Source: a virus
Taxonomy: Duplodnaviria > Heunggongvirae > Uroviricota > Caudoviricetes
Length of the DNA: 42,288 nucleotides
Strand: one strand, 5' to 3'
IMG/VR virus record: IMGVR_UViG_2778260993_000007
Coordinates: 1 to 42,288 of that record
Each line of letters opens with the position of its first letter. Within the stretch, counting starts at the first letter, position 1. Below the pieces are notes generated by a model, which was given only the letters and a program-made list of their open reading frames with translations, made no database searches and was not told where the DNA came from. This document shows positions 9,003 through 18,171 of the stretch, piece after piece. The translations under genes were made by a program, and so were the position numbers.

Positions 9003-9518
9003 ATGGAAAGTAATATCAAAGGGTTAGTTTCCGCCGGGCATGAGATGGCTTCGGAACTGAAAGCAGAATGTGGTGCCGTTGATATGCGCAGTGTGGCAAA
9101 GCTGATCAGCGATTTGGCAACGCAACTGGAAGTGCAACTGGTGCGTGCTAATGCGCTGGCCGAAGACCAACAGAAAGCGATTGAGTCAATTAAGCAGGCT
9201 GATTCGGCTGTTAAGTTGGCACACGAGAAGTTTTCGGCGCTGGCGGCGGAGAATGAACTGGCTCGTAAGGCAGTTCAGGCATTCTGCGATGTTGTTGGCG
9301 ACAACACCGAGGTTATCGCTGAGGTGGTTGGGCGAGATGGCGTTCTGGTTATTTTGGAGGCCATGAAGGCAACAGGAAATATGTCAGCCACCGATGCTTT
9401 CCTGGATGAAGTACGGGCGCAGGGGGTGGAGATGTTTGCGGAGTGTGCATACACACTTGAACATCATGATCACGCAGTAGCTTTTGCCGCCGAGCTACGT
9501 AAAGGAGGCAACCAGTGA
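9003..9518 (+). CDS. Hypothetical protein
   Basis: 171 aa ORF with GAGGG RBS; no recognisable motif. Confidence 0.5.
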   Translation: MESNIKGLVSAGHEMASELKAECGAVDMRSVAKLISDLATQLEVQLVRANALAEDQQKAIESIKQADSAVKLAHEKFSALAAENELARKAVQAFCDVVGDNTEVIAEVVGRDGVLVILEAMKATGNMSATDAFLDEVRAQGVEMFAECAYTLEHHDHAVAFAAELRKGGNQ

Positions 9519-9814
9519 CTGTATGTCTTATTGATAAACGTCGACGTGGGCAACAAATACCATCTGTTGAAATGCCGAATCACACATGGTTTTGCGTACT
9601 TGATATCGATGGTATGGATACGTTGATCGATACTCGTCATTACTGCGATACCGCAACAGCTACTCCTGCAAAAGCAAAGAAAATGGCTGCTCTGATAGAA
9701 AACTGGACTCCACCTGATGGTTGGTGCAATGGGAATGATCGAGATTGGCACGAAAAAATGAAGGGCTACATCTGCGATTTCTTACGTAAATGCAACGGAT
9801 TCAGGGTGATGTGA
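9515..9814 (+). CDS. Hypothetical protein
   Basis: 99 aa, translationally coupled to upstream gene. Confidence 0.45.
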   Translation: MTVCLIDKRRRGQQIPSVEMPNHTWFCVLDIDGMDTLIDTRHYCDTATATPAKAKKMAALIENWTPPDGWCNGNDRDWHEKMKGYICDFLRKCNGFRVM

Positions 9815-9815
9815 C

Positions 9816-10634
9816 ATGAGCAAGATTGACTATCAGGCACTGCGTGAAAAGGCAGAGAAAGCAACGTGTGGGGTGTGGTCGCTCGAATATGGAGAGAGCC
9901 GATTTGATTGTGATGATGCGCTAATTCATCGTGACGTTGTTGGATATCTTCCCATTTGCAGAATTGAAGGAGCGCATCCTGAAAGCGGTTTCGATGAAGA
10001 TTTCCAAATGGAACAGCAGGCCAATGCTGAATTCATCGCCGCAGCCAGTCCAGCTACCGTGCTGGCACTGCTGGATGAACGGGAAAGAAACCTGCAATAC
10101 ATCAAAAGCCGCGATCAGGAGAACGAGGATATTGCGCTAACGGTAGGGAAGCTGCGTGTTGAGCTTGAGGAAGTAAAACAACACGCTGAAGAATTATCAG
10201 AAACCAACGCTGTTCGTAACCAATGGCGGCCAGATATTTGCCCAATAACCGGACGTGCATTTTTTATGTGGATTGAGCATCCAACATTGGGAAATGTGCC
10301 GACATATGGTGGCCCATTAGATAGTTACACCATTCCAACAAAGGACGGTGACGGTGAGTTTTCATGTGAGCGTTACGATCATGATTTTGGCGGTTGGGTA
10401 GAAAGCGAATGTCTTGGGTTATATCTGATTGATGATAGAGAACAATGCAGGGTCTACGAACTGGAGGAACGCGTTAAGGAACTGGATGCTCGGGAAATAT
10501 CGCTCCCGGAACGTAGCAGCATGCTTCATCGAACAGATTTTCACGATGATTACCAAACGGTAATGGCATACAAAGTTTCTGAAGTCATCGATGCAATCCG
10601 CGCCGCAGGCATTCGCATCAAAGGAGGTGAGTAA
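9816..10634 (+). CDS. Ead/Ea22-like family protein
   Basis: 272 aa with segment EFIAAASPATVLALLDE characteristic of Ead/Ea22-like prophage proteins. Confidence 0.6.
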   Translation: MSKIDYQALREKAEKATCGVWSLEYGESRFDCDDALIHRDVVGYLPICRIEGAHPESGFDEDFQMEQQANAEFIAAASPATVLALLDERERNLQYIKSRDQENEDIALTVGKLRVELEEVKQHAEELSETNAVRNQWRPDICPITGRAFFMWIEHPTLGNVPTYGGPLDSYTIPTKDGDGEFSCERYDHDFGGWVESECLGLYLIDDREQCRVYELEERVKELDAREISLPERSSMLHRTDFHDDYQTVMAYKVSEVIDAIRAAGIRIKGGE

Positions 10635-10980
10635 TGCGTGTGGCATGTATCGGCTTGTTACCATACCCGACTCGTTTTTGGGCTTCTGCGCTAATTGCAA
10701 AGCCGTATGTCCTGATGGCTGACAACATCATCCCGACACCAAAGCGCCGCCATACCGGTATTGCAGCGGCACGACGAGCAGCAAAGAGACGCAGGAGAGC
10801 AAAGCGATGAAAAACCGTAAGGCAAAACGACTTTTTTTTACAGCGACCTGTGCGTGTGGTGGAGCTGGTTATTAGCAACCATAAGATAGCGGTACTCCAT
10901 CCATTTGGTCAGGTGGCTTTTGCCGCAAAGCGTAAGCCTACAGCGTCACAGAACAGGCGGAAGAAAGGGTACGCTGTAAG

Positions 10981-11169
10981 ATGAAAAACCGTAAAGCAAA
11001 GATTCTGTTAGTTCGTAGAAACGCTCCTGGCGTCTGGCAGTGGGTGAGACTCAGCAACCGACGGATGGGGTTGATGAAATATTACGGGATGATGGATTGT
11101 GGTTTTTGCAAAAAGCCCAGCGCGGCGCAAAACCGCTGGAAAAACCACTTGCGCACTAAAGGAGACTGA
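10981..11169 (+). CDS. Hypothetical small basic protein
   Basis: 62 aa; its first 20 nt (ATGAAAAACCGTAAAGCAAA) are duplicated 175 bp upstream as a truncated copy. Confidence 0.3.
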   Translation: MKNRKAKILLVRRNAPGVWQWVRLSNRRMGLMKYYGMMDCGFCKKPSAAQNRWKNHLRTKGD

Positions 11170-11170
11170 T

Positions 11171-11380
11171 ATGGCTATTGCCGCAAGTTACACCATGCAT
11201 CTCTACTGTGATTGTCGCCAGTGTACAAATGGTAAATATCAAACGCCAGACTTCGGTGAGTATATCGGTACGTCATGGGCTGGCTGTGCAAAAGAGGCAC
11301 GTAAGGATGGCTGGCGAATAAGCAAAGACAAAACACGTGCTTTTGCGCCAGGGCATAAAGTTTTAAGGATTAACAAATGA
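11171..11380 (+). CDS. Hypothetical Cys-rich protein
   Basis: Start refined to MAIAASYT with GGAG RBS; CxC...CxxC pattern. Confidence 0.45.
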   Translation: MAIAASYTMHLYCDCRQCTNGKYQTPDFGEYIGTSWAGCAKEARKDGWRISKDKTRAFAPGHKVLRINK

Positions 11381-12315
11381 CCACTATTACCAGAGAAAAC
11401 GCGGAAATTAAATCATTCATCACTGGTTTCCTGAGCGACCCGGCGCACGATAACCAATCTACAGACAGCCTGCTTGCCAATGTGTTTCGTATCGCACAGG
11501 CATCGCTGGAAGCAGAACCAGTTGCTTATATTTTCAAACATCCGGCCGGGAAATTATTCTGGGCTTTGACGGATGAAAGTAATAAAGATCAATCGGACGT
11601 TATTCCTGTTTATGCCACCCCTCCAGTGCCAGTAGTACCTGAAGAAAAACCAATGCCTAACCCTCTTAAAATGTACGCGGTCGATGCTGTTGCCGCTATT
11701 GCAGAGGTGAGAGGCTGGAATGCCTGCCGCGCCGCCATGCTTCAGGGTGTCGAACCTGCAAGTAATCATGAAGAGTTGTCAGAGGAGAACGGATCATCGC
11801 TTCAATTGCGCAATTTAATCCGGCAGCGCCATGCTGAATGGTCAGATAAGACGTTTGGCTGTGTTGGTCCAGTTGGCCCGCTGAAACATCTCTCAAAAGA
11901 GGCACTGGAAGCCGCAGCCGAACCAGACGATCTTAGCGAGTGGGCTGATATGCAGTTTCTGTTGTGGGATGCACAGCGCCGTGCTGGCATCAGCGATGCT
12001 GAAATTACCGCTGCTATGGAAGATAAATTGAAGATCAACATGGAGCGCCAGTGGCCTGAGCCAAAAGATGGTGAGCCTCGCTTGCACATTAAAGAACCCG
12101 GCAACTCTCCGGTAACTCCGGATAGTTGGATAAGCTGTAGTGATCGAATGCCGAACGACGCGCAGTGGTGCGTAGTGAACACAGAATGCGGGTATTACGT
12201 GCAATGCTGGTCTGAAGGTCAAGGATGGCTTGGTGATGATATCAGCATCCCTGAATGCGATGTAATCAATTGGATGCCGCTACCAGAACCGCCGCAGGAG
12301 GTTAACCGTGGCTAA
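11377..12315 (+). CDS. DUF550/DUF551-type protein (MazG-like dATP/dGTP pyrophosphohydrolase domain)
   Basis: 312 aa; central region (RHAEWSDKTFG...DLSEWADMQFLLWD) resembles MazG-like NTP-PPase phage domain; C-terminal Cys/Trp-rich DUF551-like tail. Confidence 0.6.
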   Translation: MTTITRENAEIKSFITGFLSDPAHDNQSTDSLLANVFRIAQASLEAEPVAYIFKHPAGKLFWALTDESNKDQSDVIPVYATPPVPVVPEEKPMPNPLKMYAVDAVAAIAEVRGWNACRAAMLQGVEPASNHEELSEENGSSLQLRNLIRQRHAEWSDKTFGCVGPVGPLKHLSKEALEAAAEPDDLSEWADMQFLLWDAQRRAGISDAEITAAMEDKLKINMERQWPEPKDGEPRLHIKEPGNSPVTPDSWISCSDRMPNDAQWCVVNTECGYYVQCWSEGQGWLGDDISIPECDVINWMPLPEPPQEVNRG

Positions 12316-12589
12316 CCTACAACTTGCCGTCAAAGGTGAATACTTCGATGCCATGATTCGTGGAGAGAAAACGGAAGAGTATCGCCTGTGTAATGACTAC
12401 TGGAATAAGCGAATTATGTTCCGCGAATATGACCGTCTGATTATCACAAAGGGATATCCGAAGCGCGACGACTCCAGTCGCAGAATAGACGTCCCGTATG
12501 AAGGATATGAAATCAAGACAATCACACATCCCCACTTCGGCGATAAACCGGTAAAGGTGTTCGCTATAAAGGTAAATATTGATGGCTAA
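12308..12589 (+). CDS. ASCH domain protein
   Basis: 93 aa; N-terminal pattern (LAVKGEYFDAMIRGEKTEEYR) typical of ASCH/PUA-like domain. Confidence 0.55.
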   Translation: MANLQLAVKGEYFDAMIRGEKTEEYRLCNDYWNKRIMFREYDRLIITKGYPKRDDSSRRIDVPYEGYEIKTITHPHFGDKPVKVFAIKVNIDG

Positions 12590-12920
12590 ATCAGCAGCAG
12601 AGCGCAAAGCCGCTCAGAGAGCCAGACAAGCTGCATCCGGTGTACGTAAGCTGGAGATTGTGCTTGATGCTCAGGAAATTGAAATGCTGGAGCGTAACTG
12701 TGCCACGCGTCGCCCCGGGCGTGTGCCTTACGAATTTGGTGAGTATATTGCGTTACTTATCCGCCAGGATGATGCACGTGTGCGCGGGCGTATAAAATCG
12801 ATCAGCAGAAAACGTTGCGGTAAGTGCGGCGAGAGAGTTCCAGTTAATTCATGCCCGTGTAATGGTGACTCGCAATGCTGGGTGACTAAAGGCTGGCATG
12901 AAACGAAATTAATAGTGTGA
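12579..12920 (+). CDS. Hypothetical zinc-binding protein (last gene before late region)
   Basis: 113 aa with CGKCGERVPVNSCPC motif; basic N-terminus; followed by palindrome GTGACATGTCAC and a terminator. Confidence 0.45.
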   Translation: MMAKSAAERKAAQRARQAASGVRKLEIVLDAQEIEMLERNCATRRPGRVPYEFGEYIALLIRQDDARVRGRIKSISRKRCGKCGERVPVNSCPCNGDSQCWVTKGWHETKLIV

Positions 12921-12928
12921 CATGTCAC
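12917..12928. repeat. 12-bp perfect palindrome GTGACATGTCAC (copy 1 of 3)
   Basis: Exact 12-mer, also at about 15182 and 33060; overlaps stop codon of gene 12579..12920. Confidence 0.6.
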
Positions 12929-12969
12929 GAGTAGATTATGCATGATGAATTTGACGGGTTTTGAATACT

Positions 12970-12995
12970 GCCGCCAACTATGGCGGCTTTATTTT
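12970..12995 (+). terminator. Rho-independent terminator preceding terminase genes
   Basis: GCCGCCA-ACTA-TGGCGGC followed by TTTATTTT. Confidence 0.65.
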
Positions 12996-13006
12996 GCATG
13001 GTACTA

Positions 13007-13039
13007 TTACCACAACGGTAACTATTACCACGGTGGTTA
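13007..13039. promoter_or_regulatory. Operator-like sites at start of packaging/late region
   Basis: TTACC-ACAAC-GGTAA (13007..13021) and imperfect TTACC-ACGGT-GGTTA (13025..13039) overlapping the RBS/start of the terminase small subunit. Confidence 0.5.
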
Positions 13040-13635
13040 TGATGTCTGCTGAACCTAAAACCTATAAACGCAAATCAACGCAATTTAAGCCACTAACAGC
13101 AATGCAGGAGGCTTATTGCCAGTCATACATCAAAACGCCTGAAAACCAGACTCAGGCAGCGATTAACGCAGGATTCTCCCCAAATACAGCGGCAGTTAAA
13201 GCCAGTGTCATGATGCGCGATGAACGCATTCAAAAACGGATTGCCGAGTTGATGGAGGAGCGCAACAAACGAATGCGCGTCAGTGCTGATTACGTTCTCA
13301 TGCGCCTGGTGGAGATCGACCAGATGGACGTGATCGACATCCTCAACGACGATGGGAGCCTTAAACCAATCCGTGAGTGGCCTAAAATCTGGCGCACTAC
13401 GCTTAGTGGCTTTGATCTGTCATCGACCATCATGAACATGAACGAGGATTCGATAGAGACAATCCTCAAAAAAATTAAATGGCCTGACAAGGTGAAGAAC
13501 CTTGAGCTGATTGGTAAGCATGTTGATGTCAACGCGTTCAAAGAACGTCTGGATGTTAATGTGAATGTGACAATTGCTGATCGCATAGCAGCAGCCAGGA
13601 AGCGACTCAAAGAACGTCAGGATGGTAATCAGTGA
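13039..13635 (+). CDS. Terminase small subunit
   Basis: Start refined to MMSAEPK; conserved small-terminase segment (AMQEAYCQSYIKTPENQTQAAINAGFSP); directly upstream of large terminase. Confidence 0.7.
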   Translation: MMSAEPKTYKRKSTQFKPLTAMQEAYCQSYIKTPENQTQAAINAGFSPNTAAVKASVMMRDERIQKRIAELMEERNKRMRVSADYVLMRLVEIDQMDVIDILNDDGSLKPIREWPKIWRTTLSGFDLSSTIMNMNEDSIETILKKIKWPDKVKNLELIGKHVDVNAFKERLDVNVNVTIADRIAAARKRLKERQDGNQ

Positions 13636-15107
13636 CAGATACAGCGTTATCTCCTGAAGAGCAGTTGATCGAGGATATTGCAGGGTTCACTCACGATCCG
13701 CTTGGCTATGCCCTCTATGCGTTCCCGTGGGGGGAAGAGGGGACTGAACTGGCACATGCTACCGGCCCACGTCAGTGGCAGGCCGATGCGTTCCGAGAGA
13801 TACGTGATCACCTGCAGAATCCAGAGGCGCGCTATCAGCCGCTTATGCTGGCACGCGCTTCGGGTCACGGTATTGGTAAATCAGCATTCATCTCAATGCT
13901 GATCAACTGGGGCATGTCCACTTGCGAGGATTGTAAGGTCGTGGTGACTGCCAACACCGACAACCAGCTACGAACGAAGACCTGGCCGGAAATTATCAAG
14001 TGGTCGAACCTTGCTATCACGAAAGACTGGTTTACCTGTACCGCTACCGCGATGTACAGCAATGACCCTGGGCACGACAAGCGGTGGCGGGCTGACGCAA
14101 TACCCTGGTCTGAGCACAACACTGAGGCATTCGCCGGACTACACAACGAGCGCAAACGCATCATCGTGGTATTCGATGAAGCGTCGAACATTGCGGATCT
14201 GGTGTGGGAAGTTGCCGAGGGTGCGCTAACGGACGAAGACACTGAGATTATCTGGGTGGCGTTCGGAAACCCGACGCGTAATACCGGACGTTTCCGCGAA
14301 TGTTTCCGCAAATATAAACACCGCTGGAAAACTGCGCAGATTGACAGCCGGACGGTGGAAGGCACCAACAAACAGCAGTTGCAGAAATGGGTTGATGACT
14401 ACGGGGAAGACAGCGACTTCGTTAAAATCCGTGTGCGCGGCATATTCCCTGATGCATCTGAATTGCAGTTTATCCCTACCGGTCTTACTGACGAGGCAAT
14501 GAAACGGGTGGTCACCGCTGCGCAGGTTGCACATGCTCCGGTGATAATCGGCGTTGACCCGGCATACTCAGGCGTTGATGACGCGGTGATATACCTGCGG
14601 CAGGGGCTGCACAGTAAGGTGCTGTGGACCGGCAACAAGACCACTGACGATCTGATTATGGCAAAGCGTATCGCTGACTTTGAAGACCAGTATCAGGCTG
14701 ACGCGGTGTTCATCGACTTCGGCTACGGTACCGGTCTGAAGTCAATCGGTGACGGCTGGGGTCGTACATGGCAACTTGTTCCGTTCGGCGGCGCGTCTAC
14801 TGACCCGCAGATGCTCAATAAGCGCGGGGAGATGTTCAATGCATGCAAGACATGGCTGAGGCTCGGCGGGATGCTGGATGACCAGGAAACAGCGGACGAC
14901 CTGTCGGCGGCAGAGTACAAAGTTCGCGTGGACGGTAAAATCGTTATCGAACCGAAGGAAGATATCAAGGAGCGGCTTGGGCGTTCGCCGGGTAAAGGCG
15001 ATGCGCTACTGCTGACGTTTGCTTTCCCGGTGTCGAAGCGCCTGCGACTTCCCGGGCAGCAGAACCAGCAAGGCAAGGCGCTTACCGAGTACGATCCCTA
15101 TGCTTAA
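13632..15107 (+). CDS. Terminase large subunit
   Basis: 491 aa; ATPase Walker-A-like motif (ARASGHGIGKS) and C-terminal nuclease region; coupled to small subunit. Confidence 0.9.
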   Translation: MTDTALSPEEQLIEDIAGFTHDPLGYALYAFPWGEEGTELAHATGPRQWQADAFREIRDHLQNPEARYQPLMLARASGHGIGKSAFISMLINWGMSTCEDCKVVVTANTDNQLRTKTWPEIIKWSNLAITKDWFTCTATAMYSNDPGHDKRWRADAIPWSEHNTEAFAGLHNERKRIIVVFDEASNIADLVWEVAEGALTDEDTEIIWVAFGNPTRNTGRFRECFRKYKHRWKTAQIDSRTVEGTNKQQLQKWVDDYGEDSDFVKIRVRGIFPDASELQFIPTGLTDEAMKRVVTAAQVAHAPVIIGVDPAYSGVDDAVIYLRQGLHSKVLWTGNKTTDDLIMAKRIADFEDQYQADAVFIDFGYGTGLKSIGDGWGRTWQLVPFGGASTDPQMLNKRGEMFNACKTWLRLGGMLDDQETADDLSAAEYKVRVDGKIVIEPKEDIKERLGRSPGKGDALLLTFAFPVSKRLRLPGQQNQQGKALTEYDPYA

Positions 15108-15181
15108 TCCGTTAGCGGGGATAATGACGGAGATATCCTCTGGTGAGGATAAAACAAATCCAGCTCATCGGCTGGCTGTTT

Positions 15182-15193
15182 GTGACATGTCAC
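15182..15193. repeat. 12-bp perfect palindrome GTGACATGTCAC (copy 2 of 3)
   Basis: Exact 12-mer just beyond the 3' end of moron gene 15198..15569. Confidence 0.6.
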
Positions 15194-15197
15194 GGTG

Positions 15198-15569
15198 TTA
15201 TTGCTCGCTTAACTTCTGCTTCAGTAAGTAACCTTCAAGCATCCAGATTTTGTTTACAGCATTCTGCCGGGCAATCTTCCGACCAATTTCCGCATCAAAG
15301 TTTTCCGGGCTTGCACAGGCGCTCTCTCCTGTGACGGTGAAGCCGTTGCGCAGCACCAGGACGCAGAACGTCAGCAGAGAAAGTGATTCGTGCGGCTGGT
15401 AGTTTACCTCTCCGCCAGTATGTTTCGCTTTTATGGCTTTGCCAAAGGCACCATCTTCTGCTGTGAAATATGCCTCCTGAGCAATAATGCCTTCGATATG
15501 GTCTGGCGTAACGCGCGGTGCCGTTTTGCCTTTCTCAACGATTTCTTTTTCGATTTGCTGGTCGTTCAT
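15198..15569 (-). CDS. Hypothetical moron protein (opposite strand inside packaging module)
   Basis: 123 aa; AAGGTGAG RBS; opposite orientation to flanking structural genes; function unrecognised. Confidence 0.55.
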   Translation of the reverse strand: MNDQQIEKEIVEKGKTAPRVTPDHIEGIIAQEAYFTAEDGAFGKAIKAKHTGGEVNYQPHESLSLLTFCVLVLRNGFTVTGESACASPENFDAEIGRKIARQNAVNKIWMLEGYLLKQKLSEQ

Positions 15570-15575
15570 AATCTC

Positions 15576-15602
15576 ACCTTAAAAAAATGCCCGGCGAACC
15601 GG
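15576..15602 (-). terminator. Hairpin plus T7 run immediately upstream of moron RBS (terminator or attenuator)
   Basis: Minus-strand GCCCGG-TTCG-CCGGGC followed by ATTTTTTT then AAGGTGAG RBS and ATG. Confidence 0.45.
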
Positions 15603-15693
15603 GCGAACTGGAAGCAATGAGTTATGCCTTCCGTGGCTGTACTGGTTTACAGCATGAAGTCATCGCAATGGCGTCCTGCTGTAAAAAGGGCGG

Positions 15694-15735
15694 TGATAGT
15701 TCTTCAAGGGAAACCATCACCGCCAAGCACCTGGA
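15694..15735 (-). terminator. Terminator downstream of tRNA-Arg
   Basis: Minus-strand 9-bp stem GGCGGTGAT...ATCACCGCC followed by TTTTT. Confidence 0.5.
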
Positions 15736-15767
15736 ACTTCTGGCATCACGGTCCTTAGGCGTGATTC

Positions 15768-15844
15768 TGGCGTGGCATGCAGGATTCGAACCTGCGACCA
15801 ACCGCTTAGAAGGCGATTGCTCTGTCCAACTGAGCTAATGCCAC
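15768..15844 (-). tRNA. tRNA-Arg (anticodon UCU)
   Basis: 77-nt cloverleaf on minus strand: acceptor GTGGCAT/ATGCCAC, D-arm GCTC...GAGC, anticodon loop CTTCTAA, T-arm GCAGGTTCGAATCCTGC, 3' GCCA; resembles but is not identical to E. coli argU. Confidence 0.8.
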
Positions 15845-16165
15845 AACGCTGAGAGCACTTAGCCTGTTAAGGCGCCACACTTTGTCGCGGCTCCATAAAT
15901 GCTCTCATCGTTGTACCTCGTCTCTTCCGAGGCGTCACACCGAATCGCCGGGATGGTGAATCCCCGTGCGCGGAATAAAACCGCTCGACTTGCACATTCC
16001 GGCTACCTGGTTCGTTTGCCCGAGCAAGGGAGGGTGCCCCTTAAACGTACCCAGACCGCTATCGGCGCATGTGCCATACGCCGTACTACTCAAAATAAAA
16101 GCTCACTCCACCTGTTCAATTTAACGACAAGCCAGTCAGGTTAGTAACCGGAATGAACTCTTTAG

Positions 16166-16180
16166 TTACCTGAAAGGTAA
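16166..16180. promoter_or_regulatory. Operator-like site upstream of head gene operon
   Basis: TTACC-TGAAA-GGTAA about 90 bp upstream of gene 16271. Confidence 0.5.
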
Positions 16181-16270
16181 TAATTCGCGCGTTAAATGTC
16201 AACTGTCTACGATAAATAAATCATATGTGGTTAAATTGGTAATGATTTAATTGCGTACGGAGTCATTGAT

Positions 16271-16477
16271 ATGTGCATGGGTAGCTCACCATCAGTGCCT
16301 GCAACACCAGAAGTTCAGGCAGCACCACAGGAGCAGGATGCCGCCGTTGTTGATGCCCGCGACGAAGAAACACGTCGCCGTCGCGCTGCTGCTGGTCGTA
16401 GTTCTACGCTGCTTACTGGTTCTCAGGGCGACACATCAACCGCTAATACCAGCGGTAAAACGCTGCTTGGTCAGTAA
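16271..16477 (+). CDS. Hypothetical small protein (low complexity)
   Basis: 68 aa; its RBS/start context CGGAGTCATTGA(T/A)ATG is repeated at the portal gene start. Confidence 0.4.
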   Translation: MCMGSSPSVPATPEVQAAPQEQDAAVVDARDEETRRRRAAAGRSSTLLTGSQGDTSTANTSGKTLLGQ

Positions 16478-16491
16478 CCGGAGTCATTGAA

Positions 16492-18171
16492 ATGGCGGAA
16501 ACAACTAAAGAGCGATTGAACAAACAGTTCGCACAACTTGAAAGCGAGCGTCAGTCGTTCGAGCCGCACTGGCGCGAGTTGAGTGATTACATCAACCCGC
16601 GTGGTTCCCGCTTTCTGACTTCAGAGGTCAACCGTAACGATCGACGCAATACACGCATTATTGATTCGACCGGGACTATGGCGGCGCGCACTCTCGCCAG
16701 CGGCATGATGTCAGGCATCACAAGCCCCGCGCGTCCGTGGTTTCGCCTGGCTACGCCAGATCCTGAAATGATGGATTATGGCCCTGTTAAGTTGTGGCTT
16801 GAGGCGGTGCAGAACCGCATGAACGATATGTTCAATAAGTCGAATCTCTACCAGTCTCTTCCGCAGTTATACGGAAGCCTCGGCACATACAGCACTGGTG
16901 CAATGGCAGTGCTGGAGGATGACGAGGACATCATTCGCACAATGCCATTCCCGATAGGCAGTTACTACCTGGCTAACTCACCTCGTGGCAGTGTTGACAC
17001 CTGTTTTCGCAAGTTCTCTATGACTGTTCGTCAGCTTGTTCAGGAGTTCGGGCTAAATAACGTCAGCGAATCCGTAAAAAGCATGTGGGAAAGCGGCACC
17101 TACGAGAAGTGGATCGAAGTGATGCATTCGGTTTACCCGAACATTGACCGCGATACATCGAAGCTGGATAGCAAGAACAAGCCATTCAAATCGGTTTATT
17201 ACGAGGTTGGCGGCGATAACGACAAGTTGTTGCGTGAGTCCGGATTCGATGAGTTTCCAATTATGGCTCCGCGCTGGGAAGTTAACGGCGAAGATGTTTA
17301 TGGATCATCATGCCCGGGTATGCTGGCGCTTGGACCTGTTAAGGCATTGCAGCTTCTCCAGAAGCGCAAGTCGCAGTTGATTGATAAAGCCACCAATCCG
17401 CCGATGGTTGCTCCGACTTCCCTCAAGAATCAGCGCGCCTCCCTTCTTCCTGGCGACATCACGTATATCGATCAGATTACTGGTCAGGATGGTTTCAGGC
17501 CTGCTTATCTGGTTAACCCCAGTACAGCAGATCTGGTGGCAGACATTCAGGACACTCGCCAAATCATTAACAGCGCCTACTTTGTCGATCTGTTCATGAT
17601 GTTGCAGAACATCAATACCCGCTCGATGCCTGTTGAAGCGGTGATCGAAATGAAAGAAGAAAAACTTCTGATGTTGGGGCCGGTTCTGGAGCGTCTGAAC
17701 GACGAATGTCTTAATCCTCTCATTGACCGCGCTTTCTCTATGATGGTGCGTAAAAACATGCTGCCGCCACCGCCTGACGCGATGGAAGGCATGCCCCTGA
17801 AGGTCGAATACATTTCCGTCATGGCTCAGGCGCAGAAGTCTATCGGCCTGTCCAGTCTGGCGTCCACGGTTAACTTCATTGGTCAACTTGCGCAAGCGAA
17901 ACCAGAAGCTCTCGACAAACTCAACGTTGATCAGGCGATCGATGCATTCGCTGATATGTCCGGAGTGTCTCCAACCGTCATTGTTCCGCAGGAACAGGTT
18001 GAGCAGGCTCGCCAGCAACGGGCACAGCAACAACAGCAGCAACAAATGATGGCGATGGGGATGGCGGCGGCACAGGGTGCCAAGACGCTAAGTGAAGCTA
18101 AAACTTCGGATCCGAGTGTTTTGTCAGCTATGGCGAATGCAGTTAGTGGTCAGGGTGGGCAATCACAATGA
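16492..18171 (+). CDS. Portal (head-to-tail connector) protein, T7 gp8-like
   Basis: 559 aa; C-terminal Gln/Met-rich tail (QQQQQQQMMAMGMAAAQG) as in T7 gp8; position after terminase. Confidence 0.8.
   Translation: MAETTKERLNKQFAQLESERQSFEPHWRELSDYINPRGSRFLTSEVNRNDRRNTRIIDSTGTMAARTLASGMMSGITSPARPWFRLATPDPEMMDYGPVKLWLEAVQNRMNDMFNKSNLYQSLPQLYGSLGTYSTGAMAVLEDDEDIIRTMPFPIGSYYLANSPRGSVDTCFRKFSMTVRQLVQEFGLNNVSESVKSMWESGTYEKWIEVMHSVYPNIDRDTSKLDSKNKPFKSVYYEVGGDNDKLLRESGFDEFPIMAPRWEVNGEDVYGSSCPGMLALGPVKALQLLQKRKSQLIDKATNPPMVAPTSLKNQRASLLPGDITYIDQITGQDGFRPAYLVNPSTADLVADIQDTRQIINSAYFVDLFMMLQNINTRSMPVEAVIEMKEEKLLMLGPVLERLNDECLNPLIDRAFSMMVRKNMLPPPPDAMEGMPLKVEYISVMAQAQKSIGLSSLASTVNFIGQLAQAKPEALDKLNVDQAIDAFADMSGVSPTVIVPQEQVEQARQQRAQQQQQQQMMAMGMAAAQGAKTLSEAKTSDPSVLSAMANAVSGQGGQSQ

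Noticed and set aside
10419-10878. Minus-strand ORFs 10419..10700 and 10618..10878
   Set aside because: Antisense to the Ea22-like gene end and to a plus-strand small ORF that has a strong RBS; no translation signals of their own.
12579-12920. Zinc-binding 113-aa protein as a lambda Q-type antiterminator
   Set aside because: Position before a terminator and the late genes is suggestive, but it is half the size of Q and shows no Q-like motifs that I recognise. Left as hypothetical.
13865-14371. Minus-strand ORFs inside the large terminase gene (and similar antisense ORFs at 14226..14644, 14723..15076)
   Set aside because: Fully embedded antisense to a conserved gene; no start context; typical of GC-rich coding antisense frames.
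15637-15652. Second CTGT-N8-ACAG palindrome (CTGTACTGGTTTACAG) upstream of the moron gene
   Set aside because: Only the invariant tetranucleotides match; the spacer is not AT-rich and flanks do not fit the LexA consensus. About one such core match is expected by chance in 42 kb, and a terminator-like hairpin lies between it and the gene.
15899-16144. 81-aa plus-strand ORF in the tRNA-flanking non-coding stretch
   Set aside because: No RBS, Arg/Ser-rich product, lies in a region more likely to be non-coding RNA or remnant sequence.
17308-18045. 245-aa minus-strand ORF inside the portal gene
   Set aside because: Antisense to a well-supported portal gene, no RBS, low-complexity translation. 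Treated as an antisense-frame artefact.
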